Source of the DNA: an uncultured Actinomycetota bacterium
GTDB lineage: Bacteria; Actinomycetota; Actinomycetes; JAFAQI01
Assembly (NCBI GenBank): GCA_963770565.1
Contig: CAVYQE010000002.1
Location: forward strand, 32,001 to 96,000
Length of the DNA stretch: 64,000 nt
Reading direction: 5' to 3'
The position numbers and the translations under genes are program-made. Positions within the stretch are counted from its first letter, which is position 1. Each line of letters opens with the position of its first letter. The notes below the pieces were generated by a model. It was not told the origin of the DNA and did not search any database. It saw only the letters and a list, made by a program, of their open reading frames with translations. This document shows positions 1-9,774 of the stretch, piece by piece.

Positions 1-372
1 ACCGGCGCCGAACCGCCGGCCGGACCGCTCGTTGAACGCGCGATAACAGAGCACGAAATCGCTGACACCTGCCGTCACCGCCATCGCGGCGTACTGCACG
101 GTCGCGCACGGCGCACCGCCACCGAAGTGGATCCGGCTGAAGTGCGTCAGCTCCTTGATCCCGAGGCCGCGCATGATCTCGGTCTCGGGGTTCGTCTCCA
201 TCGTGAAGGTCGACAGGCCCGACACCTGATCCGGATCAACTCCGGCGTCGGCGCACGCAGCCACACAGGCCTCGAGCGCGAGCTGCAGCTCACTGCGTCC
301 GGACGCTTTGGAGAACTCGGTCGCACCGATCCCGACAATCGCCGCGCGGCCGGCGTAGCTGTGCCGGGTCAT
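1..372 (-). CDS. ltp2: Thiolase-like lipid-transfer protein/aldolase Ltp2 (3' end outside window)
   Basis: Not in the ORF track. Manual translation from ATG 372 gives MTRHSYAGRAAIVGIGATEFSKASGRSELQLALEA...IHFGGGAPCATV...CYRAFNERSGRRFG, typical of Rv3540c/Ltp2. ATGA overlap with the upstream gene. Confidence 0.9.
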   Translation of the reverse strand, partial: MTRHSYAGRAAIVGIGATEFSKASGRSELQLALEACVAACADAGVDPDQVSGLSTFTMETNPETEIMRGLGIKELTHFSRIHFGGGAPCATVQYAAMAVTAGVSDFVLCYRAFNERSGRRFGAG

Positions 373-1794
373 GACGGCAGCTCCAGCTCGACCGTGCCTT
401 CGATGTGCGGACCGAGCTCGTTGCGGGCGGTGACCGTGACGGTGACCCGTCCGGACGCAGGATCGACCGTGTGCACCGAGCCGGTGAAGGTCAACGGCAA
501 ATACGGGTACGCCGGTGCGCCGAGCCGCACCCGCAACGCCTTTACCAGCGTCTCGGGGCCGGCCCAATCGGTGACGAAGCGCTGCATGAGACCGAGCGAG
601 GTGTTGATGTTGAGGAAGATGTCCGCCGAGCCCTTGCGCCTGGCCAGGTCGCGGTCGTGATGCACGTCCTGGAAGTCACGGGTCGCGAGCGCGCCGGACA
701 CGATCAGCGTCGGCGTGACCGGCAGGACCCAGATCGGCATCTCGTCCCGGGCGCCGAGCGAGCCGGCCGTCATCGTGTCGGCCCGGCGCTCCGGCGTCTC
801 CGGGCGGAACTGCGGCAGCGTGATCGCGCCTTGCGAGTCGGTCGCACCCTCGACGAGCGCCGGGTGGCTGTCGAGCCAGTCGACCTCCATCCGCATGCCG
901 ATTCGCAGCTGTTCCGGGGCGAGCCCGACCAGGTCGGTGACGATCCGCGGACCTTCGTCGAGCTCGATCAACCCGACCGGCAGCGGGTAGCGGAAGCCCG
1001 GCACCTTGCGGGTGGTGCACCACGCTGAACGAGTAGAGCTGGCCCCCGCCGCCGGCCACGACGGACCCGAAGTCGAAGCCGCCGCAGGCGCTGCAGCGCG
1101 GCACCGGCGGCAGGCTGCCCATCCCGCAGCCGTTGCAGACCGGGATCCGCAGCTCGCGGTCGCGGTAGCCGGCCCAGATCATCGCGTTGTCCGCATTGAT
1201 CGCGGGCCGCGGTCGCAACGATGGCGTGGGATCCGGAGCAGTCGTCGCGTCGGTCGGGGTGGGCGCAGCACCGGTGCCCGGCTTGAACTTCAGGATCCGG
1301 AACAGCAGATCGCCCACGTGCTCGTCGTCGTCGGTCGTGTAGCGGTGGCGGGTCGTCACGAAGTGCCCAACGCCGAGCGCGGTCGGTTTCTCGGCGGTGA
1401 CGTCCTCGAGCGACTGCACGTTGCGCAGCACCTCGCCCGGTCGCAGATAGCGCTCGAGCACCAACTCACTGTTGACCGCAACGACGCCGACGAAGCCGGC
1501 CGTCTCGAGCAGTTCCATCACCTTCGACCGGGGATCGGTGCCCCGCCCCGACGCTCCCGACTGCCCCGGCAGCCCGGCCCGGTCCCAGATGTCGAGGGTG
1601 GCCGGCGGGGCGACCACACCGCCGTGCACACTGCGAGCCGCGAAGGATGGGTCGGAGTAGCTGGGGTTGCCGTCACCGATGGCGTCACACCAGTCGGCGA
1701 TCGCGGCGGTCGTGATCGGATGCCGGGCGACGTGCACGGGACCTTGCTGGCCGACGAACTCGCGCAGCGCCCTGACCAGCTCTGCCGAGGTCAT
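369..1794 (-). CDS. Fused ChsH2-ChsH1-like steroid enoyl-CoA hydratase (MaoC + DUF35/OB-fold + MaoC), +1 frameshift near 1005-1008
   Basis: ORF 676..1794 gives the MaoC-like N-terminus (WCDAIGDGNP, APPA) and the DUF35 zinc ribbon (CNGCG...CSACG). ORF 369..1004 continues (VPGFRYPLPVGLIELDEGPR) into ChsH1-like ALATRDFQDVHHDRD. Removing one base restores HHPQVPGF. Confidence 0.85.
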
Positions 1795-1861
1795 TGACCG
1801 CTGAATCCCTTCGTCACCGTGCGCCGGGTCGGACTCTGGCCGCGGGTCTGATCCAGGTACT

Positions 1862-1887
1862 TACATTTCGAGCCTCGTACTAATGTA
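1862..1887. promoter_or_regulatory. Candidate operator TACATT-N14-AATGTA in divergent promoter region
   Basis: AT-rich inverted repeat just upstream of the fadE29-like ATG. Confidence 0.3.
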
Positions 1888-1896
1888 TCTCCCACA

Positions 1897-3084
1897 ATGC
1901 AGCTCGACGACTGCGCGGAAGAGCGAGCTCTGCGCGCTCGGCTGCGCGACTATTTCACCACCCTGATCACGCCCGAGACCGCCGATTCGCTCGGTGCGCC
2001 CGGCGAGAATGCGGCTGCCTTCCGCGCGGTCATCCGCCGGCTCGGAGCCGACGGCTGGCTGGGGTTCGGCTGGCCCACCGAGTACGGCGGCCAGGGCCGA
2101 TCGGCAACCGAGCAGTACATCGTCTTCGACGAGATCCAGCGGGCCGGGGTGCCGTTCCCGTTTGTGACGATCAACACGGTCGGCCCGACGATCATGCGAT
2201 TCGGCACCGACGAGCAGAAGGCCCGCTTCCTGCCCCCGATCCTCGCTGGCGAGCTGAACGCGGCGATCGGCTACACCGAGCCGTCGGCCGGCACCGACCT
2301 CGCGTCACTGCGCACCACCGGCCGCCTCGACGGTGCCGAGTGGGTGATCAACGGCAGCAAGATCTTCACCTCCGGCGCCAACCAGGCCGACTACATCTGG
2401 CTGGCCTGCCGGACCGAGCCAGACGCCGACAAGCACGCCGGCCTGTCGATCATCATGGTGCCGACCGACTCCCCGGGCTTCCGCTGTACGCCGATCGTGA
2501 CCGTCGGCGACATCGTCACGACGACGACGTACTACGACGACGTCCACGTGCCCGCCGGCAACCTGATCGGTGAGCGCGGCGGCGGCTGGCGGATGATCAC
2601 CACGCAGCTCAACCATGAGCGGGTCGGCCTGGCCGCGCTGGGCGGCGCGGCGTGGCGGCTGTGGGGCGAGGTCGGCGCGTGGGCCCGGCAGACCCCGGTG
2701 AGCGGCGACTCCGGTGACGCGCGAGTCGGCGACCTGCCGTGGGTGCGCGCCGATCTGGCCGACTGCTATGTGCGGCTCGAGGCGATGAAGCTGATCAACC
2801 GCCGGCTCGTGACCGCCGCCGCGGCCGAATCGCTCGCACCGGCCGATGCCTCGACCGCGAAGTTCTACGGCACCGAGACCCACGTCCACGTCTATCGCAA
2901 GCTGCTCGGCATCCTCGGGGCGGCTGGCTGGCTGCGCGGCGACTCCCCCGGGGCGGCGTTGCAGGGTCGGGTCGAGCGGGCCGGCCGCAGTGCCCAGATC
3001 AACACCTTCGGCGGCGGGGTCAACGAGGTGCAGCGCGAGATCGTCGCGGCCAGTGGCCTGCTGATGGCGCGACGAGCCCGATGA
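1897..3084 (+). CDS. fadE29: Acyl-CoA dehydrogenase, FadE29/ChsE2-like subunit
   Basis: GWLGFGWPTEYGGQG, AIGYTEPSAGTDLASL, TTQLNHER and INTFGGGVNEVQREIVA motifs; igr-like context. Confidence 0.85.
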   Translation: MQLDDCAEERALRARLRDYFTTLITPETADSLGAPGENAAAFRAVIRRLGADGWLGFGWPTEYGGQGRSATEQYIVFDEIQRAGVPFPFVTINTVGPTIMRFGTDEQKARFLPPILAGELNAAIGYTEPSAGTDLASLRTTGRLDGAEWVINGSKIFTSGANQADYIWLACRTEPDADKHAGLSIIMVPTDSPGFRCTPIVTVGDIVTTTTYYDDVHVPAGNLIGERGGGWRMITTQLNHERVGLAALGGAAWRLWGEVGAWARQTPVSGDSGDARVGDLPWVRADLADCYVRLEAMKLINRRLVTAAAAESLAPADASTAKFYGTETHVHVYRKLLGILGAAGWLRGDSPGAALQGRVERAGRSAQINTFGGGVNEVQREIVAASGLLMARRAR

Positions 3085-4166
3085 GCCTCGAGCCCGACGA
3101 GACTCAGCATCAGCTGCGCGAGCTCGCCGGCCAGATCCTCGCCGGCCGCGCCGCGACCGATCGCGTCGCGCAGATCGAGTCCACCGCAGATCGGTTCGAC
3201 CGCGAGCTGTGGCACGAGCTGGCCGCTGCGGGCCTGCTCGGCGTCGTCGTTCCCGAGGCGTTCGGAGGGCTCGGATTCGGCTCGGTGGAGCTCGGTCTTG
3301 TCGCCGAGGAGCTCGGCCGGGTGGTCGCGCCGATACCGCTGGTGGCGACCCTCTGTGGCGCCTACCTGATCGCCACGATCGGTGATTCCGACCAGCAGCA
3401 CCAATGGCTGCCCCTTGTCGCTGACGGTTCGGCGGTCATCGCCCTCGCCGCACCGCAGTCGGTCGCCGCGATCCGACGCGACGGCAACCAGATCTCCGGC
3501 GAGCTGGTCGGGGTCGCCTGGGCGCACGTTGCCGACCTCCTGTTGCTTCCGATCGGCGACGCGGTCGTGGCGATCGACCCGGCCGCCGAGGGCGTGACCG
3601 CCGAGCGAGGAGTGACCACCGCTCGTGAGGTCGCACTGAGCCTGCACCTCGACGGCGTCGTGGCCGAACAGATCGGCGGCGACGGCGCGGCCACCTGGTT
3701 GCGATACCGATGGCTGGCCGCCCTTGCCGCGCTGCAGGCCGGAGTGACCGACGCCGCGCTTCGGATGACCGCGGCCTACACCTCGCATCGCGAACAGTTC
3801 GGCAAGCCGCTGTCGACCTTTCAGGCGGTTGCCCTCAAGGCCGCCGACGGCTATCTCGACACCACGGCGATCCGCTCCTGCGCCCGACAGGCGGCGCTGA
3901 TGCTCGACGCCGAACCGGAGTCGGATCCGACGCTCGCGGTTCTCACCGCGGCGTGGTGGGCGGCGGAGGGCGGTCAACACTGCGTCCATCTGACCCAGCA
4001 TCTGCACGGCGGGATGGGCGCCGATATCACTTACCCCGTGCACCGATATTTCTTGTGGGGCAAGCAAACCGAGCTGCTGGTCGGCGGCGCGTCAGCACTG
4101 CTCGCCGAGATCGGTGACGCGCTCGCCGACCGACCCGACGCCGGCGATGCCGTTGCCCTGGACTGA
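3081..4166 (+). CDS. fadE28: Acyl-CoA dehydrogenase, FadE28/ChsE1-like partner subunit
   Basis: ATG 3081 overlaps the previous stop; REQFGKPLSTFQAV and QHLHGGMGADITYPVHRY motifs. Confidence 0.8.
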   Translation: MSLEPDETQHQLRELAGQILAGRAATDRVAQIESTADRFDRELWHELAAAGLLGVVVPEAFGGLGFGSVELGLVAEELGRVVAPIPLVATLCGAYLIATIGDSDQQHQWLPLVADGSAVIALAAPQSVAAIRRDGNQISGELVGVAWAHVADLLLLPIGDAVVAIDPAAEGVTAERGVTTAREVALSLHLDGVVAEQIGGDGAATWLRYRWLAALAALQAGVTDAALRMTAAYTSHREQFGKPLSTFQAVALKAADGYLDTTAIRSCARQAALMLDAEPESDPTLAVLTAAWWAAEGGQHCVHLTQHLHGGMGADITYPVHRYFLWGKQTELLVGGASALLAEIGDALADRPDAGDAVALD

Positions 4167-4989
4167 CCAGGTCGCGGGTGAGCCGGCTCCCACCAACGAC
4201 ATCGTCGAGCGGCTCCGGGCGGCGGGCTGCGTGTTTGCCGAGGACGAGGCCCGGCTGCTCGTCGCGAACGCCGGTTCGCCGGCCGAGCTCGCCGACCTTG
4301 TCGACCGGCGGGTTGCCGGCTTCCCGCTCGAGCACGTCCTCGGCTGGGCCGAGTTCTGCGGGCGGCGGATCGCGGTCGCGCCCGGCGTTTTCGTTCCTCG
4401 GCGGCGGACCGAGCTGCTCGTCCGTACCGCGATCGAGGCTGCGACCCGAATCCGGCGACGACCGCCGAACGCGAACGCACCACTGCGGATCGTCGACCTG
4501 TGCTGCGGTTCCGGAGCGATCGGCGCGGTCCTCGCGGACGCCCTCGATCCGGTCGAGCTCTACGCCGCCGACGTCGATCCTGCGGCGGCGCGGTGCGCCC
4601 GCCGCAACCTCGAAGGGATCGGCACGGTCGTCGAAGGCGACTTGTTCGAGCCGCTACCCGACCACCTGCTGGGTGCCGTCGATCTGCTCGTCGTCAACGC
4701 GCCGTACGTGCCGACCGGTGAGATCGAGCTGATGCCCCCCGAGGCCCGGTTGCACGAAGCCAGGGTGGCGCTCGACGGCGGCGGCGACGGCCTCGACGTC
4801 CACCGTCGGGTCGCCGGTGCGGCGTCGGACTGGCTGCGGCCGGGCGGCGAGCTTCTGATCGAGACGAGTGAACGCCAGGCGCCGGCCGCCCTCGAGCTGC
4901 TCGCCAGCAGCGGGCTGGCTGCCCGAGCGGTGTCGGACGACGCGCTGGCGGCGACCGTCGTGATCGGGGTCAGACCCGAGCTCGCCTAG
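4147..4989 (+). CDS. PrmC-related putative protein N(5)-glutamine methyltransferase
   Basis: RLRAAGCVFAEDEARLL, VFVPRRRTE, VDLCCGSGA (SAM-binding) and NAPYVP motifs; start uncertain. Confidence 0.85.
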   Translation: MPLPWTDQVAGEPAPTNDIVERLRAAGCVFAEDEARLLVANAGSPAELADLVDRRVAGFPLEHVLGWAEFCGRRIAVAPGVFVPRRRTELLVRTAIEAATRIRRRPPNANAPLRIVDLCCGSGAIGAVLADALDPVELYAADVDPAAARCARRNLEGIGTVVEGDLFEPLPDHLLGAVDLLVVNAPYVPTGEIELMPPEARLHEARVALDGGGDGLDVHRRVAGAASDWLRPGGELLIETSERQAPAALELLASSGLAARAVSDDALAATVVIGVRPELA

Positions 4990-6353
4990 CGGGCGACTGC
5001 AGCCTCAAAGGCGTCGAGCTCGGCCAGCAGATGGTCGGCCATTGTCCGAAGGTCGGGCATGAACTCCCGGCAGGACTGGACCCCGATCGAGAAGTTGTCC
5101 TGGTAGCTCCACGCGGTGAGGTTCAGGCCGAGCACCCGGCTCAACGGGCCCATCGACCGGACCGCGACCACCGGCGCACCGGCGAGAGCAAGCGGCGGCG
5201 GGCCTTTCACGTTGGATACCACGGCATTGAACAGTGGCCGTTTGGCCACCTTCTCGACCACGGCGAGCGTCTTCAGCGTGACCTTGCCGAAGAGCAGGTA
5301 GTAGTCCTGCCACACCGCGAAGAGCTCGATATCGCCCTTCGCCCACTCACGCGCCGCGTCAAGGCTGGCCTTCACCGCCGCCAGCCGTTCGATCGGATCG
5401 GCGATGTCGGTGCCCAACGCGACGTACCAGTACGACGTGCGATTGCCGAAGTCGTCGATCTCGGACGGTTGGCGGATCGACACCGGGTGCGCGACGTTGA
5501 GGCACTTGTCCGGCGTCTCGCCGTGGGCTTCGAGATAGCGCCGGATCGCGCCGCCGCAGACCGTCACGAACAGCTCGTTCACGGTGACGCCGGCCGCGGA
5601 CTTCAGCGCCTGGATCCGCGCGAACGGCACGGTGACGTCGACGTAGATCCGGTCCGCAAGAGGAAGCCGGTTGAACCGGGTGGACGGACCGGACATCGGG
5701 TTGACGACCGGCACCCCGGCGGCCTTGCGAGCGCGGTTCTCCCGAGCCGAGCGGACCGATCGCCGGACCACCGCGGGCAGCTGCCGGTAGAGCCGCGCGT
5801 GCGAGCGCATCGCGAATCCGACCAGCGCAGACCGCGACGGCGCCGGCTCGGGCCGGTCGGGCACCGGCGGGAACGACAGGTCAGCGCCACTGTCGAAGGC
5901 AAGCTCGAAGAACCGGACGCTGGCCTGCCCGTCCATGATCGAGTGGTGGATCTTGAAGACCAGCGCGACCTGGTCGTCGGGCAAGCCCTCGACGATGGTC
6001 AGCTCCCAGAGCGGCCGGTCGCGGGCCAGCTGCACACTGGCGATCCGCGACACCAGTTCGTCGAACTCCTCGTCGCTTCCCGACTCGAGTCGCTCGACGA
6101 ACAAGTGCCGGCCGACGTCGAAGGCCCCGGCATCGAGGAAGACCGGGCGGCCGAGTCCGTACGGGATCTTGACCACGGTCCAGCGCATGGCCGGGATCTG
6201 CGGCAACCGCTCGCGGGCCCACGCTTTGATCTCCTCGACCGCGACCGGCCCGTCCGGCCGGGCGCCGACGATGGCCAGCTTGATCGTGTGCATGTGCTCG
6301 CCGGCCGATTCCTCCAGCACATGGAGCGCGTCGACGCCGCTGAGTTGGCGCAT
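4986..6353 (-). CDS. Wax ester synthase/diacylglycerol acyltransferase (WS/DGAT)
   Basis: HHSIMDG catalytic motif, LARDRPLWE, NAVVSNVKGP. Confidence 0.92.
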   Translation of the reverse strand: MRQLSGVDALHVLEESAGEHMHTIKLAIVGARPDGPVAVEEIKAWARERLPQIPAMRWTVVKIPYGLGRPVFLDAGAFDVGRHLFVERLESGSDEEFDELVSRIASVQLARDRPLWELTIVEGLPDDQVALVFKIHHSIMDGQASVRFFELAFDSGADLSFPPVPDRPEPAPSRSALVGFAMRSHARLYRQLPAVVRRSVRSARENRARKAAGVPVVNPMSGPSTRFNRLPLADRIYVDVTVPFARIQALKSAAGVTVNELFVTVCGGAIRRYLEAHGETPDKCLNVAHPVSIRQPSEIDDFGNRTSYWYVALGTDIADPIERLAAVKASLDAAREWAKGDIELFAVWQDYYLLFGKVTLKTLAVVEKVAKRPLFNAVVSNVKGPPPLALAGAPVVAVRSMGPLSRVLGLNLTAWSYQDNFSIGVQSCREFMPDLRTMADHLLAELDAFEAAVAR

Positions 6354-6401
6354 CTACCGCTTGACCCCCTCCACACCCCTCCAGCACTCCGCCGCGACCC
6401 G

Positions 6402-6420
6402 ATCTGACTCCTCGTCAGAT
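6402..6420. promoter_or_regulatory. Palindrome ATCTGAC-N5-GTCAGAT, candidate operator
   Basis: Perfect 7-bp arms between the divergent WS/DGAT and MaoC genes. Confidence 0.4.
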
Positions 6421-6519
6421 TCGTCCCTGCACGCTACACACCGACGGCAGCCGCGAGAAGGCGAATCGCAGGCCGCTGCTAGCGTCATCGTCGATTCCGG
6501 GCACTGGAGGTGGGATGCG

Positions 6520-6981
6520 ATGCCGCTCAACCGCGACCTGATCGGCCGCACCTATCGCGGCGAGGGCAGCTTCGAAGTGTCCCGCGAGCACATCCGCCGG
6601 TTTGCCCAGGCCATCGGTGACGCCAACCCGGCCTACACCGACCCCGAAGCCGCGCGGGCTCTCGGCCACCCGGACGTGATCGCGCCGCCGACCTTCCTCA
6701 TCACGGTCGGCACGAGCATGATCGGCCGCGGCCCGATCACCGACCCCGAGCTGGGCCTGAACTACTCACTTGTCGTGCACGGCGAGCAGAGGTTCGTCCA
6801 CCACCGGCCGGCCCGGCCCGGCGACGTACTTACCGCCAAGACCACGATCGAGTCGATCCGCGACGCCGGGACCAACGAGCTGATGAAGATGCGGATGGAC
6901 ATCAGTACGACGGACGGCGAGCTGATCTGCGAAGCCCACAACCTGATCGTTTCGCGCGGAACCGCGGCCGCGGCCGGCTGA
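6520..6981 (+). CDS. MaoC/hotdog-fold dehydratase subunit (HadA-like)
   Basis: GGAGG RBS before ATG 6520; VSREHIRRFAQAIGDANP, IAPPTF and VVHGEQRF motifs. Confidence 0.88.
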   Translation: MPLNRDLIGRTYRGEGSFEVSREHIRRFAQAIGDANPAYTDPEAARALGHPDVIAPPTFLITVGTSMIGRGPITDPELGLNYSLVVHGEQRFVHHRPARPGDVLTAKTTIESIRDAGTNELMKMRMDISTTDGELICEAHNLIVSRGTAAAAG

Positions 6982-7056
6982 TTGCCCGGCGAGCGACACC
7001 ACCGTCAATCCCCGTTGCTTCGCCGCTCGAAGGCCGGCATCGGCGATGATGGCGTC

Positions 7057-8397
7057 ATGACGTCCGGCACGCCGGCGCACCAGTCCTCGCAGGGGGCGGC
7101 CGGGACGGAGCCGGATCCGACCGCGGCGATGCAGTTCGTCCCGCCGACCCGCCGGCGACATCGGCTCCGGCTGGCGCTGCCCGACCAGGAGACGACGGCG
7201 CGACAGGCCCGGCCACTTCTGCTCGTGCTCGGCCTGCCGACGTTCGGGCTGGCGTTCGCGATCACGGTACTGACGGTTTACGGGCCACCGATCCTGCTCC
7301 CGCTCACCCACAACTCAGCGGCCAAGGTGGGCGCCCTGATCGGTGGCGAGGGCGCGTTCGCACTGGTGGTCCCGCTCATCTCCGGCGCCCTGTCGGACCG
7401 GGTGAAAGCTCCGACCCGCAGCGCGCGCCGACTGCCGTTCGTGCTCGTCGGCGCGCCGCTGGCGGCCGCCGGCCTGGTCCTGCTGCCGTTCGTGCCCAAC
7501 CTGCAGCTCGCCGGCGTGACGATCCTGATGTTCTTCGTCGGCTACTACCTCTACTACCCGCCGTACCGGGCGATCTACGCCGACCTGCTCCCGCGCCGGC
7601 TGTTCGCCCGCGCCCAGTCTGCGCAGGCAGTCCAGCGCGGCGCCGGCTTCGGGATCGCACTGATCTCCGGGGGGCTACTACTCAGCCTGTGGACGCCGCT
7701 GCCGTTCGTTCTGGGCGCGGCGGTTCTTGGTCTCGCCACGCTGACGCTCAAGCCCGTCATCCGGCTCGATCGCGCGGTCGCCGAGGAGATCCCCGACGAC
7801 GAGAGCAGCGGCTCGTCCGTGCGCGAACTGTTCCTGCACAACCGGAAGATGCAGGCGTTCGCGGTCGCGAACATGCTGTGGGAGTTCAGCCTGGCCGGGC
7901 TGAAGGTGTTCATCGTCCTCTACATCACCCACGGTCTGGGGAAGTCGAAGGCGCTCGCATCGGCGTTCCTGGCCCTCGTTGCCCTCGCGTACGTCGTCGG
8001 CGCTCCGATCGCCAGCCGACTCGCGGACCGCTACGGAATCGTCCAGGTCATGAAGTGGTCCGCCGCGGCGTACGGCGTCGCGCTCTGCATCGGGGTGATC
8101 CCGACGACGGCGACCCCGATGACCATCCTGCTGCCGATCGGGGCCCTCGCCGGCGCGATGCTGATGACCTTGCCTCAGGCGCTGGCCTTCACGCTCGCGC
8201 CTGAGGCGGGTCAGGGCGCTGCGGCCGGCCTGGTCGACTTCTCCCGTGGCATAGGGGTCGTGCTGGGACCGGTGCTGGTCGGGGCGGCGGTGTCGAGCGC
8301 CGGATCCTGGCTGCCCAGCACCCACGGCTACGCCATCATGTGGCCAGCGATCGGGCTGCCGGTCCTCGCCTCGCTGCTCCTGCTGCGGCGCTTCTGA
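7057..8397 (+). CDS. MFS transporter
   Basis: About 12 hydrophobic segments; GALSDR and SRLADRYG motif-A-like loops; start uncertain. Confidence 0.85.
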   Translation: MTSGTPAHQSSQGAAGTEPDPTAAMQFVPPTRRRHRLRLALPDQETTARQARPLLLVLGLPTFGLAFAITVLTVYGPPILLPLTHNSAAKVGALIGGEGAFALVVPLISGALSDRVKAPTRSARRLPFVLVGAPLAAAGLVLLPFVPNLQLAGVTILMFFVGYYLYYPPYRAIYADLLPRRLFARAQSAQAVQRGAGFGIALISGGLLLSLWTPLPFVLGAAVLGLATLTLKPVIRLDRAVAEEIPDDESSGSSVRELFLHNRKMQAFAVANMLWEFSLAGLKVFIVLYITHGLGKSKALASAFLALVALAYVVGAPIASRLADRYGIVQVMKWSAAAYGVALCIGVIPTTATPMTILLPIGALAGAMLMTLPQALAFTLAPEAGQGAAAGLVDFSRGIGVVLGPVLVGAAVSSAGSWLPSTHGYAIMWPAIGLPVLASLLLLRRF

Positions 8398-8408
8398 GCC
8401 GGCCGAAA

Positions 8409-8436
8409 CGATCCAATCCCGCAGTTCGCGACGAAT
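8409..8436 (+). promoter_or_regulatory. Possible SigK-type ECF promoter
   Basis: CGATCC...CGAAT resembles the CCATCC...CGAA SigK consensus as I recall it; the orthologous cluster is SigK-linked in mycobacteria. Confidence 0.3.
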
Positions 8437-8472
8437 ATTCACGACAGGGCGAACTTAGGGAAGGATCGCGTC

Positions 8473-9774
8473 GTGACATTCGGAGGGATCCGATCGACCG
8501 ACGTCGGTCATCGGGGCCGGGTCGCTGTGGTCGGCAGCGGGGTCGCCGGGCTCACCGCGGCCTACCTGCTCCAGCGCCGCTACGACGTCTCGCTCTACGA
8601 AGCCGACGAACGGCTCGGCGGTCACGCCCACACCCACGACGTGCTGACCCCGGACTCCGGCCTGGCCGCGATCGACACCGGGTTCATCGTGCATAACGCG
8701 CGCACCTACCCCTCCCTGCTCCGGCTGTTCGACGAGCTCCGGGTGGCCACCCGGCCGACCGAGATGAGCATGTCGGTGCGCTGCGACGGCTGCGGCCTCG
8801 AGTACGCCGGTGCGAAAGGGCTTGGCGGACTGTTCGCCCAGGCCCGCTCGCTGGCCCGGCCGGCGTTCCTGCGGATGCTCGTCGCGGTCAAGCGGTTTCA
8901 CCGTGATGCGCAGCGACTGCTCGAGTCCGGCAACGACGAGGTGACCCTCGGCGAGTTCCTGCGAACCGGGGGCTATCCGTCGTACTTCGGCCAGCATTTC
9001 ATCGTCCCGCTGGTCTCGTGTGTGTGGTCCACGTCGCAGGAGGCGGCCCTCAGCTATCCCGCCCGCTACCTGTTCTCCTTTCTCGGCAATCACGGCATGC
9101 TGAGCGTGACCGGATCGCCGCAGTGGCGGACGGTGGTAGGGGGATCGCGCAGCTATGTCGAGAAGGCGGCGAAGGAGCTCACCTCGGTGCGGCTCGCGAC
9201 CCCGGTGCGGAGCATCCATCGGGGCGCGCGCGGCCTGTCGGTCCGGGACGCCGACGACGGTCTCGAGACCTACTCGCGGGTCGTCGTCGCGACCCACGCC
9301 GACACCGCGCTGGGGCTGCTCGCGAACCCGACTGCGGCCGAACGGTCGGTGCTGGGGGCATTCGGCTACTCGCGCAACCACACCGTCCTGCACACCGACG
9401 ACCGGCTGCTCCCCCGCAGCCCTCGCGCGCGCGCCTCATGGAACTACGTCATGCCGACCTGCGACACCTCGAGCGCCGAGGTCATGGTGAGCTACGACAT
9501 GAACCGGCTGCAGCACCTCGCGACGCAGACGCCGTACGTCGTCAGCCTGAACGCCGGCGAACGGATCCCGCCCGAGCAGGTGGTCCGGCGGATGGACTAC
9601 GAGCACCCGATCTACGACGTCGCCGCGGTCACCGCCCAGCGCTGGCTGCCCGAGCTGAACGACGGCCGGATCGCCTTCGCCGGCGCCTACCAGGGCTGGG
9701 GCTTCCACGAGGACGGCTGCCGGGCCGGCGTCGAAGCGGCTCGGTCGTTCGGCGTCGAGTGGGAGTCGCGATGA
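8473..9774 (+). CDS. NAD(P)/FAD-dependent oxidoreductase (COG2907; Rv0449c/UfaD-like)
   Basis: VAVVGSGVAGLTAA, LGGHAHT, DTGFIVHN, ASWNY and GWGFHEDG motifs. Confidence 0.92.
   Translation: MTFGGIRSTDVGHRGRVAVVGSGVAGLTAAYLLQRRYDVSLYEADERLGGHAHTHDVLTPDSGLAAIDTGFIVHNARTYPSLLRLFDELRVATRPTEMSMSVRCDGCGLEYAGAKGLGGLFAQARSLARPAFLRMLVAVKRFHRDAQRLLESGNDEVTLGEFLRTGGYPSYFGQHFIVPLVSCVWSTSQEAALSYPARYLFSFLGNHGMLSVTGSPQWRTVVGGSRSYVEKAAKELTSVRLATPVRSIHRGARGLSVRDADDGLETYSRVVVATHADTALGLLANPTAAERSVLGAFGYSRNHTVLHTDDRLLPRSPRARASWNYVMPTCDTSSAEVMVSYDMNRLQHLATQTPYVVSLNAGERIPPEQVVRRMDYEHPIYDVAAVTAQRWLPELNDGRIAFAGAYQGWGFHEDGCRAGVEAARSFGVEWESR

Noticed and set aside
1795-1896. KstR box expected for an igr-like cluster
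   Set aside because: No TnnAACnnGTTnnA match seen in the intergenic region.
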